A stretch of DNA of 64,000 nucleotides from Trichoplax sp. H2 (lineage: Eukaryota): NCBI GenBank assembly GCA_003344405.1, contig NOWV01000145.1, positions 1 through 64,000 on the forward strand, in the 5' to 3' direction. Below are positions 24,158 to 35,622 of the stretch, in pieces (within the stretch, counting starts at the first letter, position 1; every line of letters begins with the position of its first letter). The notes below the pieces were generated by a model that was not told the DNA's origin, searched no databases, and saw only the letters and a list, made by a program, of their open reading frames with translations. Position numbers and translations under genes: made by a program.

Positions 24158-24866
24158 TATGATTGTCTATGGATGGTGATAGATCGTTGATATTACTGTC
24201 GATGCGATCAATATGGTTAAAATACACTTCAAAGCTCCACACAATCAACACTAGCAATGACTAGTAGGGGATTTGAACTGAGTATTTCCAACTACAAGCG
24301 TTAGCCTCCAACAAAAGTGCAAAAAATTCACACTTTCTATCAGCTCGATATCGAGTCTATAATAGTACCGTATGAGCAGGAAATAGATTCTTAACACTTG
24401 TACTGTACAGTATAGTAGAGGAAAACCAGTATATATATATAAGTATACAAATAAATAAATAATATAATAATTATACAATAATATACAAACAAACGGAAAT
24501 TTTTTTTTGGCAAGACTGAGCGATGGGTGGGCAATAGGTTAGCGACGGCAGGTATGGCGTATACTATACAAGGATAGTGTACAATACAGTAGCAGGGGAT
24601 ATAGTGTACAGTATTGAAAATGGAGGTGTTAATAAAATAATAAGGGTTTCAATAAACAGCCTAGGCACTAGAATAACAGTTAGTCATGATCTCGCCGGAA
24701 ACAAAACGCTCATGTGTTTCTCGTGACTTTCTTGCAGAATAAAGGATAGAATAGAATCTACTATGCCATAGGGCTTTCTTCTATCCTTAGGAAGAATATT
24801 AAGATTGAAGTCTGTACAGTCTGGAGTCCATGACTGATGTCAGACAATGGATAATTGTGTCTGTGC

Positions 24867-26345
24867 ATGCTAATCGCTGAAGATTTTCAGCTTTCCGTTT
24901 GGATCGGCATAATCATTGCTACTCTTCTTCTTTCCAGTAGTCTCGGGCAACGTTAATAGGCAAAACACTGTAATTGTATTGTCATGACTATGAGTTATCA
25001 AAATTGCTGTAGACTTAAGTATTATATATATATATACTGTATACTTATTACAGTTAAATAAATTATCGCACTGTAATATCCAGGTTTCCTTCTAGCGATT
25101 CTAGTGATGACTATGAGTTATCAAGATTGCTGTAGACTTCGGTATTATATATATATATACTGTATACTTATTACAGTTAAATAAATTATTGCACTGTAAT
25201 ATCCAGGTTTCCTTCTAGCGATTCTAGTGATCCGTGATTGAGGTAATGGAAATCCGTTTTGCAATTCGGTAACTCGACACAAAATAATTCCAAGTTACGC
25301 GTATATTGTACTCGTATAACCTGCAATCGATAGTTCACGATAGATACTGTACGAGTGCCAAGATGGGCAACAATGCTTCAATTAAAATGTGCTAATTTAT
25401 TATTGAAGTTTTCTCAACGATCAATATCAGTAATCGGCACCATCTCCAGATCGAAGCAATAGGCACAAGGAGTACAGAAATTGTATTATCATAACTGATA
25501 GTATTACTCTATCATAGTTGATAGAGCCCCCTAGTGAGCAGCCTATCCTCTAAGATATTAGTAACCATCGTGAAGTAGGTTAAATAACGCTTCCTCGGTT
25601 ACCTTATATCTACATTCCATTTTTATTCACATTAATAGAGCTCATAATCACAGCCAATCATCGTAGAATGGCTCAGAGATCGGTATAGATTAGATTGAAC
25701 TTCTTATTCTCACTTTCATTCTAATCAATCAAAATTAATGCAATTAGCATTTAATTAGTAGTTTGTAATTTCGCAGATACTATCATAAGCATGCAAAGTT
25801 TATTATACAAGTGTATTATTATTTTTTTGAGCTTACAAGTTTCCAATTGCAAATATTAAAATGCATACTAATTCTCATTTCTGCTATATAGAACGGTATC
25901 TTAGTAGATAAGCTTGAGGAGTATCCTACTGTACTAAAGACATTATTTGCATAGATATTGTACGAATCAAAGCACTATACACGCACTTACTATGAAGAGA
26001 TGGTAAACTGAACAATCTACCTAACCAATACTGCAATTTTAGCATGCATGGAGTGATAATTCTATTCCAGTGCTATTGCCAATAGTAAATGATTGTTAGA
26101 AAAATAAATCAATGATGCTAATATAGCAAACTAAAATGGAATCAGCGGATCCCTATAATGAAATATACTACTAACGCTAAACCCATTAATATAATTTTTT
26201 ACGTATCATGATAACGGATTATCGATGATATTCATCAATCGAATTAAAAATTTATATTTTGTAAAGTACTATAATAAATGGCATTTTGGTAGCTTTTATG
26301 CTGGTTCTACTGATCGTTGTCTACATACTGAAGAAGAGGGCATAA
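24867..26345 (+). pseudogene. Putative decayed LRR-containing single-pass membrane protein
   Basis: Ordered fragments broken by stops and frameshifts: signal-peptide-like ORF, Cys-rich cap, LRR-like pieces, LRRCT-like FQCYCQ, and a TM helix followed by KKR. Recognised by eye only. Confidence 0.45.
24985..25230. repeat. Near-perfect tandem duplication, 2 copies of ~123 bp
   Basis: atgactatgagttatcaa..ccaggtttccttctagcgattctagtga at ~24985 and ~25108. Confidence 0.93.
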
Positions 26346-26725
26346 TCTATAGGATATAGCACGCCATCACAATATCCTTAAATATATCCTAGATCTTTAA
26401 ATAGACTAAATATTTATTGCATGATATATTGATGCTAATTACACTTGAATTTAGATGGTATGTACCTCCCAGGCGTTGCGTCAACGCGTTTACTGACAAG
26501 TTAATGTACATCGTAATCGTATACATAAAAAAGATGCAGGATAATCAGCCATCCACATTAATTAATTCATAATACAAAATTTTCGTTTGTTTACTAAAAT
26601 CACATGTACTGTACATTACATACAACACATAATTTAATTACTAGATTTTGAATTCAAAATGGTCATGCCACGTAATCAACATAAGTATAGTGCACAATTA
26701 GAAACAAATCAACGTTAGGCTACGT

Positions 26726-29700
26726 TTAGGTATCTTTGTCTTTTTCAGCCGTATCCTTTCGAAAAGGTCCTAGAGAACGCTTCTTATTATTATTGGCTTC
26801 CTGTGTCAATCATTGTAGTTTATCAGGCATAAAGTATAAATATGTTTTACTTTGAACTACTAATCCTTTCTGGTAGTTTATTTTCATTAATCATTATATC
26901 ACCAATACATGAGTAGTTTAATGAAACCATCGTTCTATATAGGCAAATAAAATCTTACCGTAATTGTAGCTTCTAACTTTTCAAGGGATTGCTATAATAA
27001 AGTAGCAAAATAACTATATCAATAACAATCTATATTGAAAGGATGAGCGTCAAAATGATTGATAACACGAACTTATAACTTTGCATTGCTTTTTCCTACC
27101 TGATATTTATCTATATAGTCGTTAAACTGTGTACAATTAACTTTAAATTTTTTGACATCGGCACGCTTTTTCCCTAGCATCGTTTTAAAAAATTTTGCCT
27201 AACGAGATCGAAATTTAAATTAAAAACAGTAAGTACAGTAACATGAGATTGCCGTCAACAATCAACTTTTATTTATAAATTAATTACGGTTATATAGTCT
27301 ATAAATGTAGCACCTCTTGTTTATGAAGCAAAGTATATGCAGTACCACTTTGACCTGCGCGTGCAGTTCGCCCCACTCTATGAATGTAAGTATTGATATG
27401 ATTTGGAACATCATAATTTATGATATATTCCACCTAAAGAAAAATCAATCAATTTGAACGAGGATGATAAGTTCTTTTATGCACATTCGAAAAGCGACCA
27501 TTATCATAGTAAATATATCAATAAGTCATAATCATGCTGTAGGCCTAATATTGAATGAATTGTGTTACTTTTTCAATATCGATACCACGCGCCACAGTGT
27601 CGGAACATATTAAACTACTCGTAGTTTTAAAGATAATAAAATTGTTACTTTCATAATATTGTATTTCTTTCGAGTAAAATGTTACATTCTATTTATAAGC
27701 CAAGAATTAAAAATGTTCTACTTACAGATCGATTTCCCCTGACGAAAATTGTTTAATGATTCGTTTTCGATCTTTTCGTGGGACCTCGGACGACAAAGTA
27801 GCAACGCGAATATCACCAAATATAGATAACAGTAGTGACAATCTATTAATAATCATAATCGTTAACGTAGGTGGCGTTAGAAATATTTACGAAAGGCGTA
27901 CTATTTCAATAAGTGGAACTGAAAGGGTGAACTTTTAATTATGTTAATAGTAGTTTACCGCTTTGTAGATTCTTTGGAGTTTGTAAAGCATAGAACTCTT
28001 AGATGTTTTAGTGCTAGCATGAAATGAATAATTGTAAGAGGCTTCTCCCCAGGTTCGCAAATTATGTAATACTCCTAAAAGATAAATAGTCAACAATATA
28101 TTTCACTTGGTAAACGTCAATAAATTGAAATAAATTCATACTAAAACTTTAGAATACTAACAGTTAGTTCAGCTGGGGTTACATAATAGTCCATTTCATT
28201 TGTGGATAAGTTCGATTCTTGATCGGATATTTGATAAAGTAATGGAGAGAATAGCTCTAACGGAGCAAGCTTTTCGGGATCATAAGTTAGAGTAGCGGAA
28301 AATAATAATTTCTGAAGCTACAAAAACAAGACATTATACGCCGGTTAGAAATTAAGCCCAGCAAACATGATCACATCAAATGACTTACCGGGAGTTTATT
28401 GTTGCAATATCTGTTTCGAGAAAGCACAATTTCGGCATAGACCAATGTGAATATTTAAACAGATCGTTAGCATTACGCAAACAGCACTTATTTCAGCGGC
28501 TATCGCAAAAAATGAAATTAAAAATAGATTATAGCTAAAATTCAGAGAATGACTAACTTGGACACAATCGATGGTATCGGAGGATCTCGAGGTGTAGTGT
28601 GTAGAATAAATCTAATTTCCATGTTAAGAATAGCGAAATAAATAAATAGAGTAAAAAGTATATGTACATCGATAACTAAAAGAAATCTATTTTGCAAGCA
28701 TACTTATTAGGAGGAATAATTTGACTTTGTTCTGCTTTGTAACAAGCTTTTAATGCTGACATAATTAGTTGATGATGTGAAGATATCAAAAGCTTGTCAG
28801 CTTCATCAAGTACCTAAGAATAGTCCGTTAAATACGATTACTAGAAGAATAGTATTTACAAATGCAATTTTCAGCTTTTGTCAAGAAGGTAAAGCAATCA
28901 AATGAAGATTAACAACAACAAAACAATAAATGTACCAAGAAGCGTAAATGTTCCAACGTAAAATGTTTGGTCATGTTAATGTGATCGATTAGCCTTCCAG
29001 GCGTTGCTATTAGGATATCAACGTTGCTACGACCTCTATGAAAATCATGGATAAAATGTAATTTAAACATGATAATAAGAGAAGATTTCGAAACCTATCA
29101 ATTCAGTATTACCCAAGAGCATCAATCAATTCTCCTTGTTCAATCTTAAAATTTCGTTGGCCAATAGCAGTTGCGATCTGTTGATTAAAGAAGTATTATC
29201 AGAGCAGTACGAAGAATCAATCGTAGACTAATAGTACAACAATGGATGTTGGTCCAACGAATAGATATATCGATATCAACCATTAAATAAATCATTCCGT
29301 GTAACAGGTTAAAAAATAAGCAAGCAACAAGAGGTTAAAATAATAAAGTCAGTTAACTCAAAGAAATACCTTTAGCCCGCTACCTTCGTTAAACTGTTCG
29401 AATACTTTCTTGACTTGATACGCCAAATCTGCTGTTGGTACTAAAATTAGCGCTCGAAGTAGCATGACACTTCGTCGCATAAGAACCTGCAGAAGAGCAT
29501 AATGGTAGCTGAAGATGAAAATTTTAATACTAAAACAGCAAGAGTAAGAAATTTTTAAGTAAAGTAGAGTATAGGTTTCTAGTTGGATTATTATCTTAAT
29601 GATGGCCTAATAATCTCAATATGAAATTAATTATATAACGCACATACTAAGAATTAATATTAGAGCACTGTAAGTACTCGTATACTGCATTTCAGTACAT

Positions 29701-30663
29701 TGGAAAAATTAATGGAGATACAAATTACCTGAATAATGGGTAGTACATAAACTAAGGTTTTACCACTGCCAGTAGGTGCAGATACGCATATGTCATGTAC
29801 AGGTAAAGGTGTACATAAGCCAAAATGCTGGTAATCTTTCAAGATTGTAGGAATAATTGTAGATTGCACTGTAATCGTAGGTGAAATGAAATAAACATCA
29901 TGCAAATTACGCCATATTGAAATTGATCAGATTATTATGCAACTTGGACTACTCTATGTTGACACAATATAAATGTAGTCCATACATAAGTGAATTTAGC
30001 GATTACTTTATGCATTAATCATCGAAAAGGCAAACCTGGAAAGAGATGAGACATTCCTTGTTTCTTTAACTTTTTAAGAATAAACTTTTGTAAATAAGAC
30101 ACTTGGTCAATTTTAATTTTATCATGAGAATTGATATAGTTCGGTTTAGCTATCCATTGGGGAAAATTGGGGGAAAGAGGTGTAGATTGAGTAGTATTGT
30201 TGGATGTCTTTTTACCCAAGATTATGTAATCACTTTGTTGCGGCTGATCGACTGGAGATCTATCCTGATCCTGACTGCTAAGGGGATCATCATGATTCGT
30301 ATCATGTTCCTCGTTTTGATGTATCGATCGGGTTCCATCGTTATTCTCTGCAAGTTGATGTAAAATTTGATCATTTTCCTTCTTTACAGCCTGCTGGGCT
30401 GGCATTTTTGTATCCGTTGACGAAATTGGTGGCTGCTTTCGATTACGACGTTTGTTGGATGCATCAGGATTGGAAGGTTGGCCATCATCAAGATGGTGAT
30501 CTTGCTTTTTGGCACGTTTTGCTGAAGGTGCAGGTGATGTCTCTTGTACTTGTCTTTTTGCAGCTCGATTACGAATTAATTGTAATCGTTCTTCTATTAC
30601 AGATGATGTAATCTTTTGTTGTGGTCCTTCCTCATATCTGCGAATTTGGATTAAGTTGGACAT
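26726..30663 (-). CDS. DDX51: DEAD-box RNA helicase DDX51/Dbp6-like, multi-exon
   Basis: HLFP|VQ Q-motif, [66 protein letters not shown] and [10 protein letters not shown]. The N-terminus [10 protein letters not shown] and the long low-complexity leader resemble DDX51. The last exon is less certain. Confidence 0.85.
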
Positions 30664-31188
30664 GTTTGTACTGTTGTAAGCAGAGTAAGATCTTGATCTG
30701 CCTTTTTCAAAATTGTTCAAGACTTGTGTTGATTGTCAGGTGTGGGGAGTCTATCATGCAACTGGTCCTACCATTATTGGCTTGACTGGTTGGTTGTAAA
30801 TCACATGTCCTTGCACAAACTAGATGCAAAGCTTATCTAAAGATTGGATAGTATTAAATAGAAAACTACTGATTGAGTGTACTGTATAGCTTTAAATTCT
30901 ACAGGGACGATGTTCTCCTTGAGCTCCTCTAATCTAACTTGGAATTCCACCCCACCTATGGTCGATTTCTTTACAGACTAGATAAGCCTTGTTAAAACAA
31001 TGGCTACATTAGATACGATGTAGTCTATTGTACTGTACTACTGAGTATTGGACTGTACTGTACCAACTGCCAACAGTAATGAGTATTGAGTAATGAGTGC
31101 TGTTACAGCAGAGACCCTGTATGAGAGACATGACAATCTATTGTTCAAATTTACACCTGTTCCCGGTGGACTGAGTAACTAAGAGACG

Positions 31189-31636
31189 CAAAGGTATAGA
31201 GGTAAAGAACAACTTTTTTAAGTTAAGGTTAAAAGGGACGGAAAGCGCAGTAAATCTTGTTACTCAGCTCAATGTAGAAGGTTTACTACTGCACAAACAG
31301 GCAATACAAATTGTAAAGCAATTCAATTGAGTTCGAAAAAGATCAGGTTAGAGCGCTGCTTCTGCAAACGATACCAGAATCAAGTCCAAGCTAGCTCTCA
31401 ACCAGTACAGCAGAGGTACAGAGGTAAAAGAAAAACTTTTTTTAAGTGAAAGGTTAAAGTGAAAGAAAGCGCAGCAAATCTTGTTCATTCAGCTCAATGT
31501 AGAAGGTTTACTACTGCACAAGCAGGCAATACAAATTGTAAAGTAATTCAATTGAGTTCGAAAAAGATCAGGTTAGAGCTCTGCTTCTGCAAACGATACC
31601 AGAATCAAGTCCAAGCCAGCTCTCAACCAGTACAGC
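31189..31636. repeat. Tandem duplication, 2 copies of ~222 bp
   Basis: gaggtaaa..tcagctcaatgtagaaggtttactactgcacaa..ctctcaaccagtacagc at ~31189 and ~31411. Confidence 0.93.
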
Positions 31637-31744
31637 CGTATGCACTGGTAATTTTAGTTTTAGCATTTCTATGCGACACTGGCGTAAGAGATTGTCATTC
31701 ATACGAGAGTATAGACTAGCAAATTTCCCTACAACCTACTGTAC

Positions 31745-32058
31745 TGTATAAGCCACTCTGAGACATTACAATTATTCTTATTATAATCTGTTCGTAGAGA
31801 TAGAAGAAAAGCTTTTATCAAGTCCAAACCAGCTGTCAACCAGTACAGTACAGCTATATCTACTGTACTGTACTGTAGAAGATTGCCATTTAGATTACCA
31901 TTAAATTTGATGCGCAATACTGTACTGAAAGAAGATATTGTTATTTCCAGCAGAAAGTAGACAGCAATTTACCTGAAACATGCAGTATATAAGCCAATCT
32001 GAGATAGTATAATCATTATTATAACCTATTGATAGAGATAGAAGAAAACCTTTTATCT
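31745..32058. repeat. Degenerate partial duplication (~75 bp, ~240 bp apart)
   Basis: agcca.tctgaga..ttattataa.ct.tt..tagagatagaagaaaa.cttttatc at ~31750 and ~31990. Confidence 0.7.
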
Positions 32059-32965
32059 CCATGATTGTCTATACAGTATAAGAAAGCCTTTCATGTCTCT
32101 AATTGAAAAATGAATTAATTAATAAATGAATTAATTTGCGTGCAGTATCGGTGGACAGTTGACGTCATATAAAAGTAAGGATGACGAAATATTGCAATGC
32201 TCAATACAGTACTTTATATATAAATAAATAAAATGACATTAATTAATCAATATTAGAGCCGAAAGCAGTACAGGTCTAGCAGTACTGTAAAAGGTAAATG
32301 GAAAAAAAAAACTGTTTCTTTTACGCAGGACTGTGTGCACAAAGGTGAAAAGGTTTTCCTTTCGCCAACTGTACATAATGTACCGTACGGCTGGTTAGTA
32401 TAAAATGACTGCAAAGTATGACAGTTTCGGTATTATTGATTAATCAGTGGTACTGGATATCATGGACAAGGTCCATGACGATGCAGTATTCGGATCCGAA
32501 ACGCAATTTTCATCCATTTCACATCGTTTTCTTTGTGTCGACAATCTCATCTGGTAAAGAAAATTACTAAATTGTAGCAATTTTAACTCGCTTGTAAAAT
32601 AATATGGCCAAGGTCTCTGACTACGGCTTAACACATCCATTACTGCGGCGACACTCAAAAGAATATAAAATAAAATCAACCGTTTTTATCAAGCTATGAA
32701 TCCATTAATGAAGCGATTCATGGAAAGGTTCATGGCATGGTATTTCGTGAAGATAGTTTTCAATTAAATTCAATTTATAATCAGGTATCTGTATATCTTA
32801 AAGCAGTCAACGACTTGGTTTCTTCTATCATTCTATGGCTATAAAGACTACAATAATTGGGTTATATTCTTTTCACACTTTTAATATCCAGACAGTTAGC
32901 CGTGCTAAACGGTACTACCAATTTTCATTTTTTGTAAAAAAGTGACGTCAAGAAATTAGACAGAA

Positions 32966-33973
32966 ATGCAGCCGATGAGTAAATCCTATTGTGGCATACT
33001 ATGTGGCCTAGCGGCATCATTCATTTTTTCTCTCATGTCTGCATGTGTTAAGCTGTCCTCCTATCGCTTCTTTCTGATCGTAGTCGTTAGAAGTATGACT
33101 CAAATCCTATTTCTGCAGCCACTCATGGTTTATCAGAGAACCAATTTAAAAAGCAGCCTCAAACCACCTCAAGCTTATTATGTATTTGGTAGGGCGATTG
33201 GTGAAACAGTGGCCGTATGTTGCCAATTTTATGCTTATCAGAATATGAACATTGGTGATGCAGCTGCAATTGTCTATTCGTCTCCGTTTATCACTGGTAT
33301 TTTGGCAGCTATCTTTTTGAAGGAAAGATTTACATTGTTTCATTTTCTGGCCACAATTGTCAGTTTTGGTGGAGTGATCTTAGTTGCGAGGCCACCATTT
33401 ATCTTTGGATCTCTAGCAGGTGATACAACTCAAACTCATTTTGCAGTAGCTGGTATTGCATTCTGTGGAACTATCTGCAACAGCCTTGGTATTTTGAGCG
33501 TCAGAAAACTTGGTAATACTGTCGATGGGAATGCCCTGACGTATTACTTTTCCATCATATGTTGCACAGCGCCATTGATCATCACCGCTATTACCGGAGA
33601 ATTTGAATTGCCGCCTTGTGGCAGTGCAAGATGGCTGCTACTTTTTATTGGTCTATTAGGTTTTGTTGGCCAACTGGTCTTTGTAAAAGCGATCCAATTA
33701 GAGGAAGCTATGTTAATAGCGGTAATCAGAACTCTTGATGTCTTGTTTGGCTATATTCTAGAAATAATTATATTCGGCTCTATACCGTCAATTCTGTCAA
33801 TTATCGGCTCACTTTTGGTAGTATCTTCAGCATGTACTGTAGGATTGAATAAAGTTTATGGGACATCGTGGATTTATGGGAGTTGTAAACAATCCCACAA
33901 CGATGGAAAAACTACAGAGCAATCCATGGTTGCAGCGAATCAAAGCCGGTACTGCAGAGAAACGCAATTATAG
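32966..33973 (+). CDS. SLC35G: SLC35G-like drug/metabolite (EamA) transporter, single coding exon
   Basis: 335 aa, roughly ten hydrophobic segments, two EamA-like halves; motifs IGDAAAIVYSSPF, IFLKERF, GVILVARPPFIFG and KAIQLEEA..IRTLDV. Confidence 0.82.
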   Translation: MQPMSKSYCGILCGLAASFIFSLMSACVKLSSYRFFLIVVVRSMTQILFLQPLMVYQRTNLKSSLKPPQAYYVFGRAIGETVAVCCQFYAYQNMNIGDAAAIVYSSPFITGILAAIFLKERFTLFHFLATIVSFGGVILVARPPFIFGSLAGDTTQTHFAVAGIAFCGTICNSLGILSVRKLGNTVDGNALTYYFSIICCTAPLIITAITGEFELPPCGSARWLLLFIGLLGFVGQLVFVKAIQLEEAMLIAVIRTLDVLFGYILEIIIFGSIPSILSIIGSLLVVSSACTVGLNKVYGTSWIYGSCKQSHNDGKTTEQSMVAANQSRYCRETQL

Positions 33974-35509
33974 AAATTGTTATTTCATGATCTTAGTTAT
34001 TTGATATTCCTGATTATATTCTTATGGATGAGCTGATTTTCATTGCTAGTGTAAGCTATGATACAGTCCGTTAATAAATAGTTGCTCAAGCTGTCAGGAA
34101 CGTTAAGCTACCCTTTCTGTAGACGAGGTTGGAGCAACGTCGATATTCCGTCGCTCGTAAATTATCATAGAAGCATCCCGTAATTTTATTAAATTCTGAA
34201 GACTGTGTGTGTGTAAAAGACTAATATGCGTAGTTGTGATATCCTGATTGGTAGTAGATCGATGATCATATTAAAAATTAATTCAAAAATAAAAATTCAA
34301 AAATAATAATAGCATCTTTGTGAATTTATCTTGTAAGTTATCCTTTGAGCACCCTCTTTCTGTACTGCTCTACGGTGCGGAATATATTGAAGTCATTCAT
34401 TTAATTAATACATAGATGAAAACTAGCTCCAGCCTCTGTACTGGAGTTCATAACGCCATATATATATAATAAGAAGAATTTATATATTAACGAAAACTGT
34501 GAATTACATATTATGGCTATTACGGCTATACAATATAACTTGCCCGTAAACTGATTGCATAATCTCTATACAACTTGTATGATCTCCATCTTGGAATAAT
34601 GTGTTGAAGAATAAATCCTGATTTTGCAATGAATCAGAATTGTCTTATAGGATGAGCTAGACCTGAGAAAGGTTCGGTTCGTATGTGTCAATTTCATAAA
34701 CGTACTGCGTATATCAATTTGAGTTTGCCTTATACGTATTTTAGCTACATGATTCGCTCTCAAGATTGGATTGCGAATGAGTAAAGTATCAATGTACTGT
34801 AAATAGAGTTACATTGCTCTTTCTCTGCACCACGAGGATAGTAAAATATTATTATTTCCGTGTCGTCTAATAGCTCTAACTAGAACTGCTAATTAATGCC
34901 TCTCTCTGTATCCACATCGGACGACATAACAGTCACTGATGCTATGGATGAGCATAACTTATTTGAACTAGTTGAGCATCAAAGTACGATCCACCTCATT
35001 GCATCCAACTCCTCGCTGTATAAAGCATACACATGTTGTCTATGCTATTTCTAAATACAAATGAATCTGCAAAATACCATGTTAGGCTATAGTATTGCAT
35101 CTTTGACGGTAGCATGGCGTGCTAGTTTAATATATTTATCTATTTTAAAATATAGAAATATGCGTGTATGTACACTATTATACAGGTATGTCTAATTGGT
35201 TAAACCATGTCTACACAACGCACTAATTACATATGTTTTGGCATTATAATTGTGATAGATTAGGCAGAGAATGGTAGAAGAGAAAATGATCGGCTACGAT
35301 ATTCGTTAAGTGTAATTCTTTATTATAGCATAAATCAACATGATAGAGGCAAATTACCCTAGTGCACGTGAGAATGTGCTTACATCTACTTGATATAACA
35401 TCTACAGCATTGTATACCAAAGCATGACAGCATGGAATGTGCTAACGTCATGATATCTAAAGGTTTAAATATACTGTATATGGTACGGCCATTGCTAAGA
35501 TTGGCTGCG

Positions 35510-35622
35510 TCCTTAAGAACATCACGGTCCATCTTGCTAATTTTATCATTCTTAAAAATAATTCAGACAATCTTAAGAATGATCAGACCATCTTAAGAAT
35601 GAAAAGACATTCTTAAGAATTC
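35510..35622. repeat. Short minisatellite of ~20 bp units with a (T)CTTAAGAA core
   Basis: ccttaagaac, ttcttaaaaa, then tcttaagaat three times at 20 bp spacing. Confidence 0.7.

Noticed and set aside
26751-26760. GTATCCTTT, resembling a U12 donor
   Set aside because: On the plus strand, antisense to the last DDX51 exon, with no plus-strand intron context.
31459-31719. 86-aa ORF
   Set aside because: Lies in the second copy of the 222-bp duplication, starts at GTG and has no recognisable domain.
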